Shown: piece after piece, positions 49,344-60,127 of the stretch | Position numbering within the stretch: position 1 is the first letter of the stretch | How the letters are laid out: each line of letters begins with the position of its first letter | Assembly (NCBI GenBank): GCA_963729835.1 | Contig: CAVSQF010000022.1 | Span: 296,150-360,149 of the forward strand | Direction of reading: 5' to 3' | Source: an uncultured delta proteobacterium | Lineage (GTDB): Bacteria > Desulfobacterota > Binatia > HRBIN30 | DNA length: 64,000 nucleotides | Made by a program: the position numbers and the translations under genes | Notes under the pieces: generated by a model | The model's input: the letters and a program-made list of their open reading frames with translations, nothing else | Told to the model about the DNA's origin: nothing | Database searches by the model: none

Positions 49344-50435
49344 ATGATTAACCAGTTGCAATACGCAGCCGGAGGCCGATTCTGGCGCGTCGCGGTGGTG
49401 GTGAGCCTGATCGCGGCGGGATACGCGAGCGATGCGATCGCTGACGAGGTGACCTCGAAAGGCACCGTCCTGCACGGGAAGCTCATTACACTCGACGGCA
49501 CCGGCATCGCGTTCGCTCCCGAGATAGGAAAGGGGGCGCTGACGATCAAATGGGAGAACGTGGAGGACCTCAAAAGCGACGGCCCATTCCAAGTGCTTTA
49601 TGGCGACAATGAAGAAAGCGATGGACCGCTGCAGGGATTCAGGGCAGGCAAACTGTCGGTGGGAGGTGCGGCAGTCGATGTCGCGACGATCTACTCCGGT
49701 CTGCCCATCGGCGCTGCTGGATTGTCGCTCAACGATCGCATGCGCAGCGCCTGGCGCTATTGGCATGGCAATTTCGATCTTGGCGTCAACGTGCAGCAGA
49801 GTACGACCGACACCACGGGGTTCTCGGCTGGATTCGGCACGGCACGCACGCATGATCCCACCAAGTTCACCCTCGCGGCCAGCTATCGCTACGGCACGCA
49901 GAAGAAGACGGGAGAAACAGAGAGTCGGACACAGGATCAGTTACTCGGTCTCATCCGCGAAGACTACAGCTTTACTCCGCGCGTCTACGGTTTCGCCTCG
50001 GGCGATGCCACCTACGACGGCATTCAGCGGTTGAGTATCCGCGGCGTGCCCAAGCTCGGCGTCGGCTACGTCTTCTGGCAGGAGAAACTCGATGAGGACC
50101 GGCGCAATTTCCTTCAGGGTGAGGTCGGCCCCAGCTGGGTGTACGAGAGATATTTCGGCGGTTCGGATCGCGACCATTACGCAATTGCGTTCGGGGCGCT
50201 CGCAGGCTACTACCTGCCGTACCGCGCTCATTTCGATTGGCGGCTGGATTACCTGCCGGCCGTCGACAACTTCACGAAGAGTTACTTGCTGCGCACTGAG
50301 GGGGCGCTGCTGGCGCCGCTCATCGACCCAATCAGCGCGAAGTTCGTCGTGCGCGATGAGTACGACAGCCAACCGTCTCCCGGAGCGAAACGCAACAGCC
50401 TGTTCCTCACCTTGGGACTCTCGCTCGTCTGGTGA
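49344..50435 (+). CDS. DUF481 family outer-membrane protein (YdiY-like)
   Basis: Signal peptide; C-terminal ...YLLRTEGALLAPLIDPISAKFVVRDEYDSQPSPGAKRNSLFLTLGLSLVW typical of DUF481. Confidence 0.7.
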   Translation: MINQLQYAAGGRFWRVAVVVSLIAAGYASDAIADEVTSKGTVLHGKLITLDGTGIAFAPEIGKGALTIKWENVEDLKSDGPFQVLYGDNEESDGPLQGFRAGKLSVGGAAVDVATIYSGLPIGAAGLSLNDRMRSAWRYWHGNFDLGVNVQQSTTDTTGFSAGFGTARTHDPTKFTLAASYRYGTQKKTGETESRTQDQLLGLIREDYSFTPRVYGFASGDATYDGIQRLSIRGVPKLGVGYVFWQEKLDEDRRNFLQGEVGPSWVYERYFGGSDRDHYAIAFGALAGYYLPYRAHFDWRLDYLPAVDNFTKSYLLRTEGALLAPLIDPISAKFVVRDEYDSQPSPGAKRNSLFLTLGLSLVW

Positions 50436-50439
50436 AGGC

Positions 50440-51773
50440 GGCAAAGGCACCTTCGTTGTCCCGCCGCTGATCGCGTGGAAGCTGTTCGGCGTTGAGTTGC
50501 GGTGGCTGCCGTTGTTCCGCAAGACCATTCAGTTGCGCGAGGTGGTCATCGACTCGCCACACGTGTCGGTCGAACGCTTGCAGGACGGCGGGTTGAACCT
50601 CACCGCGTTGATGCCTGCATCTGTGATGCCGGCATCCGGCGCGCAGCCGCCTCCGAGCCCCGCACCCGCCGAGGTCCAACCGAAGTCCGGTTGGGGATTC
50701 GGGGTGAATCGTATCGTCTTGCGCACCGGGAATATCCGCTTCCAAGACTTGATGATGACGCAGAGCGAGCCGATCAAAATTCGATTACCGGCAATCGCGG
50801 TGACGAACATCGCCCTTCGTCCCGGCGCGCCGCGGGCGCCGATATCCGCGTGCGCGGCAAGCTGAACCTCGTTGAGCCCCGCGTGGCGGCGGCGAATGCG
50901 AAGGAGTTCGCAGTGGCGGTAAAATCCCTCGACGTCGGATTCGATGAGCTGCTGATCCCCAATCCGCAACACCCGAAGCCGGCGCCGCTGCGTGTCCGCC
51001 TGGGCGACGTCAGCATCGCATCACCGGACATCCAGGTGACGCGGACGAAGGACGGCTTCGTGCTCCCACAGCTCACCGGTGCGCCAGCGGCCGCGCGGCA
51101 GCAGCCGCCGGCCGCGTCCAAAGAGTCGAGCGGGACCAGCACGAGCACGCCGGCTGCGAAGCCCAGTTTCGACATTTCACTGGCAGCCTTTCGCCTCGCA
51201 AAGGGCCGCATCGCGTTTACCGATCAGGCCGTCAAGCCGCACTATTCCGGGCTCATTTCACCGCTCGATGTCGAGGTGCAGGAGGCGCACTTTCCGCCGA
51301 TGGCGGCGGGTAGAGTTCGCCTGAACGCCACCGTTGCTCCGCAAGGCACGATCAAAGCGGCCGGTACCATGCAGCCTGCGGGTGGCATCGTCGAGTTGAA
51401 GGTCGACGACCTCGGTCTGACGCCGTTCAATCCGTACGCGACCGCGTACTCGCCGTATGGCATCGGTGAGGGAAGCTTGACGGTGAGCACGAAGGCAGCG
51501 TTCTCGTCCGACGGCTATAAGGCGGACAGCTCGATTGTGCTGCACAATCTGGATGTCACGGGCGCAGAAGGCGACTCCCTGTTTCAGAAGAACTTCGGCA
51601 TTCCGCTCACGGTGCCTCGCGGATCACTCGCAGTGAGGCTGGCGCCGAGGTCACGGACGCTCCGCCCCTCGTCCGCCTACATATCGGCCCCGTGCGAAAG
51701 GGTTGAGCCGGGTGGAGCTGTTCGAGGTTTGAAACTTCAACGCCCGACGAGCTGCATCATCGCTTCCGGGTAG
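50440..51773 (+). pseudogene. AsmA-family/DUF748-like protein, N-terminally truncated and frameshifted (~50830)
   Basis: Frame A 50440-50865 (...REVVIDSPHVSVERLQDGGLNLTAL...). Frame B ~50830-51773 (...IAFTDQAVKPHYSGLISPLDVEVQEA...LHNLDVTG). No signal/TM N-terminus or proper start. Confidence 0.4.
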
Positions 51774-52720
51774 CGCGGGCCGGCGGCGACGCCGGGCGGA
51801 CACGCGGCATCGAGGCGCGCCAGGTCCTCGGCGGAGAGCCGCACGTTCAGCGCGCCGAGATTCTCCTCGAGATACTGCCGGCGTTTCGTGCCAGGGATCG
51901 GAACGATGTCCTCGCCTTGGGCGAGTACCCATGCCAGCGCCAGCTGCGCCGGCGTGCAGGCCTTGGCTGTGGCGATCTCTTCCACGCGCGCCACTAGCGC
52001 CAGATTCTTCGCGAAGTTCTCCTCCTGAAAGCGCGGCGAATAGCGGCGGAAGTCATCCGGGGCGAGATCCTCGAAGCGTTTGATCCGACCGCTGAGGAAC
52101 CCGCGGCCGAGCGGGCTGTAGGGCATGAAGCCGATGCCGAGCTCGCGGCACGTCGCCAGGACGGCCTCCTCCGGATCGCGGGTCCAGAGCGAGTATTCGC
52201 TTTGCAGGGACGTGATCGGATGCGTGGCGTGGGCGCGCCGCAAGGTCTGCGGGCCCACCTCCGACAGCCCGATGAAGCGCGTCTTCCCGGCACGCACCAG
52301 CTCCGCCATCGCGCCCACGCTCTCTTCGATCGGCACCTGTGGGTCGACGCGGTGGAGCTGGTAGAGGTCGACATGGTCGACACCCAGGCGGCGAAGGCTC
52401 CCGTCGCACGCCGTGCGGATGTACTCGGGACGGCCGTTGATGCCACGCAACGCGCGGTTGTTCGGATCCCGGACGATGCCGCACTTCGTTGCCAGGACGA
52501 CCTGGTCGCGCCGCTCGCGGACGGCACGCCCGACCAACTCTTCGTTGGTGTGTGGGCCGTAGGCGTCCGCGGTGTCGAGCAGGGTGACACCGAGGTCGAG
52601 AGCGCGATGAATCGTTGCGACCGCTTCGGCCTCATCGGCCGGTCCGTAGAACTCGCTCATTCCCATGCAGCCGAGGCCGATGGCGGACACCCGCAGTGTC
52701 CCGAGCACGCGCGTTTGCAT
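51737..52720 (-). CDS. aldo/keto reductase
   Basis: [33 protein letters not shown]..., [17 protein letters not shown]. Upstream part of track ORF is artefact. Confidence 0.85.
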   Translation of the reverse strand: MQTRVLGTLRVSAIGLGCMGMSEFYGPADEAEAVATIHRALDLGVTLLDTADAYGPHTNEELVGRAVRERRDQVVLATKCGIVRDPNNRALRGINGRPEYIRTACDGSLRRLGVDHVDLYQLHRVDPQVPIEESVGAMAELVRAGKTRFIGLSEVGPQTLRRAHATHPITSLQSEYSLWTRDPEEAVLATCRELGIGFMPYSPLGRGFLSGRIKRFEDLAPDDFRRYSPRFQEENFAKNLALVARVEEIATAKACTPAQLALAWVLAQGEDIVPIPGTKRRQYLEENLGALNVRLSAEDLARLDAACPPGVAAGPRYPEAMMQLVGR

Positions 52721-53448
52721 CTGGTCTCCTCTTGTAAGAGGCTCACATTCTGTCACGCGGCAGGGCGGAGCGGAATACGGGGTGAGCAGCGCGTCTTTCA
52801 GGGAGAGATCCGGCGCCTGAAATCGCGGCCATCGCAGACGACGGCCAATTGACAGACGCAGCCGCGACGGCGTCGGAAGATCAAGCGAGTGGCCAATCAG
52901 GGGCCCGCTGCTCCTCCGGCGCCTTTCTTTATCGAACGCAGATGCGCAAGGGGCTGCTGAAGAAGCCGCCGGCCTCGATTTGCGGCCATCTGCGTCACCC
53001 TCCTGCGCAGCGGCGTGAGGGCACGCCGGCTCCAGAAAGCACACTCTTTCGGCAACCTTCTTCGCCCGTCTTTCTGAACGCCACGGGAAGGCACCTCGTG
53101 GAGGAGTGGAACTGATGTGCGCGCTGGCAGTGCGGCACGGTCTGACCATCTTCACGACCGACTCCGACTTCACCCACTATGCCAAAGTCCTTCCGATCAA
53201 ACTGCACGTGCCGTCGCAACCATTGGTGGCCGGCGAGTCTACTCCGGCATGAGTCCCTTTTGAATTGACATTTCGCTCCGGGTCAGAGTACTAGGAACCG
53301 ACGAGCGCCTTGACGCTGCGGCGAAGTACATGTGCTACGCCCGAGCCCGTGCGTGAGGGGTAGGTCTCGCGGAGACAGCAGGAAGGCGAGCGGAGAAGGG
53401 TTCTGAGGTAACATCAAAACACAACCGCTGACGAGAGGAGAGAAGATC

Positions 53449-55016
53449 ATGAAGAGGTCCCCAAAAAGCAAGAAAAAAGTATCCGCAGGGTTAACGAGGC
53501 GAGACACAGTGAAGCTTGCAGGCTTGGCCCTGGGCGGGCTGGCAGTTGGGGGTGTAATGGGCTGTGAGGGGTCGGGCAAGGCCCGCGCGCAGCAACAATG
53601 CGGCGACAACGGCTGCAACTACCCGGTGCCCCCTGATACCACGCAGGAGTATCTCTACCCTAACGGTCTAGGCGTGTTTACGCCGGACACGCCGCTCGAT
53701 CCTGATGAGATGCGGATCACATTTCTCGGGACAGCGTTCCCTCCCTTACGGCGGGCACAACAGATGATGAGCATCTTCGTAGAGGTGGGCCCGTGGGTCC
53801 CAGTCCCAGGTGGACCCGGCAAAGCGACGGACTCCTTCGTCTTCGACTGCGGCTCGGGTCGTTACCAATTACAGCGCCATGGGGATTTCGCCAAGCCGGA
53901 TGGACAAGATCTTCATCTCGCATCTTCACGCCGACCACATGAGCGACCTGAGCGCAATCTACTGCTTCGGCCCCTCACGAGACCGCAAGTGCCCCCTGTA
54001 CGTTTGGGGACCGGGGCCTTCGGGCGTGAAAAATCCCAGAGCACCGGCCCGCTGTACTACGATGACGGCACCAACGATTTCTGCGATAACCTCCGGAAAG
54101 CCATGCGGTGGCACTCGGAGAGCTTCAGCTTCCTACCGACGAGCTACACCAATTACCAATGGCATTCCCACCCAGCAGAGTTGGGGACTGCCGTGCGATC
54201 CGGTCCCCGTCGGAGACGATCGCTCCGGATGACGGCTACGCCCTGGTCCCCATCGAGCTGGACTGGACGAAGTACGGCAAGAACGGCAAGAGGGACAATG
54301 TCGCCTACAACAACCCGACAACGGGCGTGAAGATCACCCACTTCCCGGTGGTCCATGCCAGAAAGGGTTCCATCGGCTACAAGCTCGAGTGGAACGGCCT
54401 GACCATGATCTACACGAGTGACACCCGGCCCGAAACCCGCTGCATCGACCAGGCCAACAACGGAGGCAAGGGCGTGGACGTGTTCATCCACGAGATGATC
54501 CTTCCGCCGGAACTGTTGACCATGAAGAATTATCCGGGCTTAACGTCTCCGCCGCCGCCGGGTACGAACCCTGCAGCTCTTGATGCCGCCGTCCAGTATA
54601 CGACGAATGTCGAAGACAGCTCCCACACTCCACAGGGGGCCTTCGGGTACCTCCTCAGCCAGATAAATCCTCGTCCGCGGCTCACGGTCATCGCGCATTT
54701 TCCAGCGGCCGACGATACCGTCGCATGTGCCATGAACAGCGTCCAGGCACACTTCCCGAATGGCGGCTACCCGGTGTTGGGTAGGGATATCATCTGGTCT
54801 ACGGACCTCATGGTGCTGAGAGTAAAGCAGAGTGGGATCACCCAGCTCATGGGCAAGGTCTCGGATTACACGTTCAGCCCACCCGCGGACCCGTCTGCCC
54901 CCCAGGGGACTCCCAAATACCACACCGCCGACGGGCAGAGTGATCCGACCGCCCAGATCGACACGTCGACGGTGATACAGCCAGGGAACAACACCTACTG
55001 CGAGAACGGGTATTGA
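53449..55016 (+). CDS. Tat-signal MBL-fold metallo-hydrolase, reading frame broken by three single-base frameshifts (~53878, ~54045, ~54190)
   Basis: MKRSPKSKKKVSAGLTRRDTVKLAGLALGG (twin-arginine). Frame1 ...FVFDCGSG, then frame2 VVTNYSAMGISPSRMDKIFISHLHADHMSDL (HxHxDH), then frame1 GPLYYDDGTNDFCDNLRKAMRWHSESF, then frame3 APDDGYALVPIELDWTKYG... to 55016. Confidence 0.55.
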
Positions 55017-55061
55017 TGGAGGTGATATCCCCTACGGCGGATGAGTGAAGTCGGCGCCGCG

Positions 55062-56413
55062 CTACAGTCTCCGCTTGTCGACAACGCGCACCGCCTTGCC
55101 CTCGGTGCGCGCGATCTGCCGTGGGCCCACGAGCGTGACGTTGCAGCTGATGCCGAGCGCGCTGCGGACCTCGTGGCTCAGCAGTCTCTCGTGCTGAACG
55201 AGGCGATCGCGGTTCGCGCACATCTCCGCCGGTGCCTCCACGACCACCTCCAGCTCGTCCATGTGCTCGGCGGCGCGATCCACGATGATCTGATAGTGCG
55301 GCGTCACCTCGCCGACGCGCAACAAAACGGCTTCGACCTGCGACGGGAACACATTGACACCGCGCACGATGATCATGTCGTCGGTGCGCCCGACCAGCCG
55401 GTCTATGCGAACGGTGGTGCGGCCGCAGGTGCATGGCTCGCGCATCAGCCGCGTCCGATCCCGGTCCGGTAGCGGATCAACGGCAAGGCTTCCTTGGTCA
55501 CGCACGTCAGCACGAGCTCGCCCACCTCGCCGTCGGGCAGCGGCTCCGTGGTCTGCGGATCGATGATCTCCGGAATGAAGTGATCCTCGAAAACGTGCAT
55601 GCCCTGCTGCTCGCGGCATTCAAAGGCCACCCCCGGACCGATCACCTCCGACAAGCCATACATATTGAGCGCCACGATGCCGAGGCGCGACTCGATTTCC
55701 TGCCGCATACGCTCGGACCAGGGCTCGGCGCCGAAGAGGCCGATCTTCAGCGGCAGCGACGCCGGGTCGATGCCCTCGTCGTCTGCGACCTCCGCGATCA
55801 GCAGCGCGTAGGACGGCGTGCAACACAGCACCGTGCTGCCGCAGTCGCGTATAAGCGTTAGCTGCCGCTTGGTGTTGCCGCCCGACACGGGGATCACCGT
55901 GGCGCCGATGCGCTCGGCGCCGTAGTGGAAACCGAGTCCACCTGTGAACAGGCCGTACCCGTAGGCGTTGTGAACGACGTCGTGCTCGGTCACGCCGGCC
56001 GCGGCGTAGGCGCGCGCGATCAGGTCGGCCCACAGTGCAATGTCGTTCTGCGTGTAGGCCACCACCGTCGGCTTACCCGTCGTCCCGCTGGAAGCGTGGA
56101 TGCGGATCACCTCTTTCATCGGCACCGCCAGCAGACCGAACGGATAGTTGTCGTGCAGGTCGCTCTTGGTCGTGAACGGCAACCGGACGAGATCGTCGAG
56201 CGACCGGATCCGTTCCGGGAGTCCTCGCCCACCGCGCAGCTTGTCGCGGTAGAACGGAACCGTCTTCGACAGCCGATCGATGCCGGCGCGCAGACGCTCC
56301 AGTTGCAGCCGTTCCAAGTCTCGCCGCGGAAGGCGCTCCACCTGGTCGCGAATGGCGGACCTGATTGCCGGCGTAGGCGTACGGCCCGGGCCGGCCGCGC
56401 TCGTCTCGTGCAT
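55062..56413 (-). CDS. paaK: phenylacetate-CoA ligase family (PaaK / F390 synthetase-like), one frameshift in a G-run at ~55453
   Basis: [15 protein letters not shown], then ...LIRYRTG | [15 protein letters not shown]...[17 protein letters not shown] continues in the -1 frame. Restoring one G in CCGGG(G) gives continuous IRYRTGDRTRL. Confidence 0.75.
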
Positions 56414-57021
56414 CAGACCACTCCGCTCACGGCGTGCGGCGCCATCTGCCGGATCCGAAGAGCCCCAAGCTGCAGTGCGCGCAGGTTCATATCGACCAGA
56501 TCTTTTCTCCTTCTGGCGAACATCTCCGAGACTGCCGCCCGCAGCGACTCCGGCCTGACGCCCACAAACTCCGACGCGGCCCCGATCAGGACGATGTTTT
56601 GCGCGCGCGCGGTTCCTGCTTCTCTCGCCACCGTAGCCGCATCGATCAGGTACACCTTGCGACCGCAGCCCTGCAGCAGCTTCATCAACTTCTCACGCGG
56701 CGGGTAGTCTGGAATATTCTCGACGGTGGCGCTGTTTGTCACGATCAAGCCGCCGGGCGACAGGTAATCGATGTTCCGCAGCGCCTCGAGCGGTTCGGTT
56801 GCGAGAATGAGATCGGCGCGGCCCTTCGGAACGAGGTTGCTGAACAACGGCCCATCGGAGAGGCGCACATGGGCTTCAACCGCCCCACCGCGCTGGCTCA
56901 TCCCATGCACCTCCGCCTGCCGGACGTTCAGCCCCTCGCGCACGGCGGCATTCACGATCAGCACCGCCAGCGTGAGGATGCCTTGTCCGCCGACGCCGGC
57001 CAGAACGATATCCCGCTTCAC
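56413..57021 (-). CDS. iorB: indolepyruvate:ferredoxin oxidoreductase beta subunit (IorB)
   Basis: GTG start after [33 protein letters not shown]; 202 aa. Stop overlaps paaK ATG (ATGA). Confidence 0.75.
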   Translation of the reverse strand: MKRDIVLAGVGGQGILTLAVLIVNAAVREGLNVRQAEVHGMSQRGGAVEAHVRLSDGPLFSNLVPKGRADLILATEPLEALRNIDYLSPGGLIVTNSATVENIPDYPPREKLMKLLQGCGRKVYLIDAATVAREAGTARAQNIVLIGAASEFVGVRPESLRAAVSEMFARRRKDLVDMNLRALQLGALRIRQMAPHAVSGVV

Positions 57022-57025
57022 CGTT

Positions 57026-57134
57026 CCTCACCGTTTCCGCGCCAGGTGGATGCACTTATGGGCATGCTTCGCGTGGTGACTCACGGGGTCTTGGTACCAT
57101 CAGTGCCGCTGCTTGTGCAACGAGAATGCGGCTC
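57026..57134. repeat. cassette-boundary repeat, copy 1 (CCTCACCGTTTCCGCGCCAGGTGGA ... GGGGTCTTGGTACCATCAGTGCCGCTGCTTGTGCAACG)
   Basis: Conserved 25-bp left box and ~50-bp right box flank a variable middle. Copies at 57026, 59291, 61030. Confidence 0.8.
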
Positions 57135-57484
57135 AGTGGATAGTTCCTACAAACGGGGTAATTGCCATAAGGGCTACCTATCAGACGTTCCCGTCATCCC
57201 GGATCTGCCCCGGAAAATTCCGGACGCCCTACGGAAAGCGCGGTGAGTGCCAAACGGGGTTGGGTTTTGTTTGGCGCGAAACCGGCGCAGTCCGAAACGC
57301 CCGTCCGAGCCCGGCTGAGCGGCGTCCACCCGGATGAGGGCGGAGTAATGAAGAAGAAAAAGGAACAGAGAAAAAAGGACGGGAACAGCTCGAAGCGGTC
57401 TTTGGGGGCCGGCGCTTTACTCTCCCCTAAGTTACGAGGGCGAGATCTCAGATCCGAGCGCAAAGGGTACTTGTACCCTGGTCC

Positions 57485-59164
57485 TTAGGGCGCCGCCGTT
57501 GCTGGTTCAGGTAGTTGAGCGTTTTTCCGAGCATTGCAGCCGCGATGAGCTAGCTGCCCATTCTCAGGGACAGTTTTCCCGCCCTTACTGTAGGGGATGA
57601 TGTGATCGACGGTACTATCATCCAGCGAGTGAATTTCATTCTTGCAGAGCTGACACACGGGGGACTTGTCGTACAGATTCTTCCTGAACTCAAAATCGAA
57701 GAAACGTGGCTCGATCAAACTGCCATCGATGATGGGCTGGACGAGTCCGCGAAACTTGGTCCATCGGAGTTTTGTCTGCGCAGTGCTACCGGTTCGTTTC
57801 GAAATAGCATCCTGCATCTCCACGTCCGTTAACATCGTTAGCAGGAACAGCTCGCGAATCTGTTCCGCCGCCTGTTGGACTTTAGCCGCTTGCTGATTCA
57901 TTAACGCTGACGCCTGAATGTCAAAGGCTGTCACGGAGAATCTCATGTCCCAGCTGCCCTTGTTCGTGCGTGGATTGACTTCGTAAAGTCTGGCAGCCTT
58001 GTCGCCGAAAACTGCGTAGATGTTCTGCATAGTTTGCCTGAATAGCGTTGCATGGGCTTTTAGTTGTTGGTCGTCCCGTGGAGCGTATTGCTCCATATAT
58101 TCGTTGAGGAACCTCTTAAGGTTTCCAGTATAGCTGTTCAGCCTGTTTGCAAAGGCAAAGAAACGTAGAATCATTTCCCGCTCCTTGAATCGCCCTTCAG
58201 GTCCATCTCCTCCCTTGGACTTCCGCCAGTATGTGTCCTGTTCCAGTTCCGCAAGGAGGTCATTGAACGGTCCGCGATAGACGCAGTTCCGAAGTTCTTG
58301 CTCGTTCAGCGTCATCGAACCACGGTTCAGGCGCTCAAAGACCTCATACCGGAGCTCCGTGTTAACCCCGGCATCGATGACGATGCTCCGAATGGGGGTA
58401 TCCAAAATCTTTTCTTGTTGCTGTTTGGTGAGGTCCCGGAAGAACTTGTGATTAAGGCTGGCCATTCGGTGCAATTTCCGAAGGGGAAACTTGTTCAAGA
58501 CGAAGTTCACAAGGGTCGTGAGACGTTGCTGGCCATCGATCATCTCCAGCCGCCCATCGCTAACTTTTCCGAAATAGATTGGCGGGATCGGGATTTCGAG
58601 CAGCAATGATTCAATCAAACGTGAAGGCAGTTCGGGGCGCAAGTTCCAGACGTATTCTCTTTGAAACTTGGGTTGAAGATCCAGTTGCCCTCTGTCCAGC
58701 TTGTCCCTAAGAGCCGAGATCGTCCAGTCAGAACTCTGGCTCATTACAGGGCGATCATCGGGTTTTCCAATAGGTTGCTCTTCCTCTTGATCCGGTTCTA
58801 GCTGATCCTCTGAAAGTGTTGGCTCTTCAGCTTCGCCGTTGCCAGCACTCGCAGTGACAGATGCTGACGGCGAATTCTGCGAACTTGAGGCTTCGTGATG
58901 GGTCGGTGGGGTATTGGCTTGCTTGCTTGCGGTAGTTGGAACCAAAACGAAGCGAACCAGCTCGTCGATTCCCGCATCGTCCAGCATCGGGTCAGTTTCT
59001 AGGCCAAGACCTGCCATAACAACTTTAATATCGGAAAGAACATTGGCCCCACGCCTGGAGGCCCCAAACCACTTGAGGACTGCGCGAACCTTGTACCTCC
59101 TGGGAACTTCCCCGTTCTTCAATTGCTGTGCTACTTCGACAATTCGTTTTGGAGCCTCGTTCAT
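57485..59164 (-). CDS. DUF262 (ParB-like) + C-terminal HNH nuclease, GmrSD/SspE-like defence protein
   Basis: DGQQRLTT (DUF262), acidic low-complexity linker, C-terminal VDHIIPYSKGGKTVPENGQLAHRGCNARKN (HNH). Region is visibly lower in GC than flanks. Confidence 0.75.
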   Translation of the reverse strand: MNEAPKRIVEVAQQLKNGEVPRRYKVRAVLKWFGASRRGANVLSDIKVVMAGLGLETDPMLDDAGIDELVRFVLVPTTASKQANTPPTHHEASSSQNSPSASVTASAGNGEAEEPTLSEDQLEPDQEEEQPIGKPDDRPVMSQSSDWTISALRDKLDRGQLDLQPKFQREYVWNLRPELPSRLIESLLLEIPIPPIYFGKVSDGRLEMIDGQQRLTTLVNFVLNKFPLRKLHRMASLNHKFFRDLTKQQQEKILDTPIRSIVIDAGVNTELRYEVFERLNRGSMTLNEQELRNCVYRGPFNDLLAELEQDTYWRKSKGGDGPEGRFKEREMILRFFAFANRLNSYTGNLKRFLNEYMEQYAPRDDQQLKAHATLFRQTMQNIYAVFGDKAARLYEVNPRTNKGSWDMRFSVTAFDIQASALMNQQAAKVQQAAEQIRELFLLTMLTDVEMQDAISKRTGSTAQTKLRWTKFRGLVQPIIDGSLIEPRFFDFEFRKNLYDKSPVCQLCKNEIHSLDDSTVDHIIPYSKGGKTVPENGQLAHRGCNARKNAQLPEPATAAP

Positions 59165-59290
59165 GCATCACCTCCGTGCTTGGTCGCAGTGGCGTTTTGT
59201 GCGTGTTCTCGTTCTCGACCAGAGCATTCGGTCGCAGCTGGACAATCTTAGATCAACGGCCGGACAGTTGCCGCGTCCCCGTCCCGCGCC

Positions 59291-59408
59291 CCTCACCGTT
59301 TCCGCGCCAGGTGGAGCCACTCCCGCTGCGCGACGCATCCTTCATACAATAGACGCCCGGGGTCTTGGTACCATCAGTGCCGCTGCTTGTGCAACGTCAA
59401 CGCGACCC
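59291..59408. repeat. cassette-boundary repeat, copy 2
   Basis: Same left and right boxes as copy 1; longer variable middle. Confidence 0.8.
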
Positions 59409-59614
59409 ATGACTTCGTGACTTCGGGGACGATGGCACCTTCGGTACGTTTCGCCGGTGATTCGTATCAAGAGTGCCATCGTCCGTGGATCGCGCTGGAT
59501 CGCAACGTCCCTGGATCGCAACAGGGGTTTCTCTACGCTGACCAGTTGATCCAGGCTGCCGAGCGCGACGGAACGGGTGCTCCAACCGCACCTCCCAATA
59601 TGCTAGAAGCCATC

Positions 59615-59857
59615 ATGCCGACGGTATTCACAAAGGAGGGATTTCGCTTTCACTTCTACAGTAACGAGCGCAACGAGCCGCCGCACATTCATGTCACGGG
59701 CAAGGGCGGCGAGATGAAGATTTGGCTCCCCTCGCTGACCGTCGCGTTCTCCTTCGGCTTGTCGCCGCCCGCCCAGCGACGAGTCGTAGAGATCACCCAC
59801 GAGAATATGACACTACTCATGGAGCGTTGGAATGAGTTTAGCCGCAAGAAGAACTAG
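59615..59857 (+). CDS. DUF4160 family protein
   Basis: MPTVFTKEGFRFHFYSNERNEPPHIHV matches the DUF4160 core (..F.FYSNDHNPPHiHv). Confidence 0.7.
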   Translation: MPTVFTKEGFRFHFYSNERNEPPHIHVTGKGGEMKIWLPSLTVAFSFGLSPPAQRRVVEITHENMTLLMERWNEFSRKKN

Positions 59858-60074
59858 AAGTTACCCGGCGATTGTCGGCGCGAGCGTCAGCGCGGACCAA
59901 CTGACGGCGAAGCTGAGCGACGGCCGCGAGGTGTCGGTGCCGCTGGCGTGGTTTTCACGCTTGCTGAATGCCACTCCGGCACAACGAAGGAGGCTCGAGA
60001 TTTCGCCTGGAGGATACGGTATTCACTGGCCTGAGATTGACGAAGATATCAGTGTGAAGGCGTTCCTGGATTGA
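59832..60074 (+). CDS. DUF2442 family protein
   Basis: LSDGREVSVPLAWFSRLLNATPAQRRRLEISPGGYGIHWPEIDEDISVKAFL matches DUF2442. Overlaps the DUF4160 gene end (typical pair). Confidence 0.7.
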   Translation: MSLAARRTRSYPAIVGASVSADQLTAKLSDGREVSVPLAWFSRLLNATPAQRRRLEISPGGYGIHWPEIDEDISVKAFLD

Positions 60075-60127
60075 CGAAACGCGGGCAACCTCGGCGAAGG
60101 ACCGACGCGGCGTAACCTACCGTTTGC

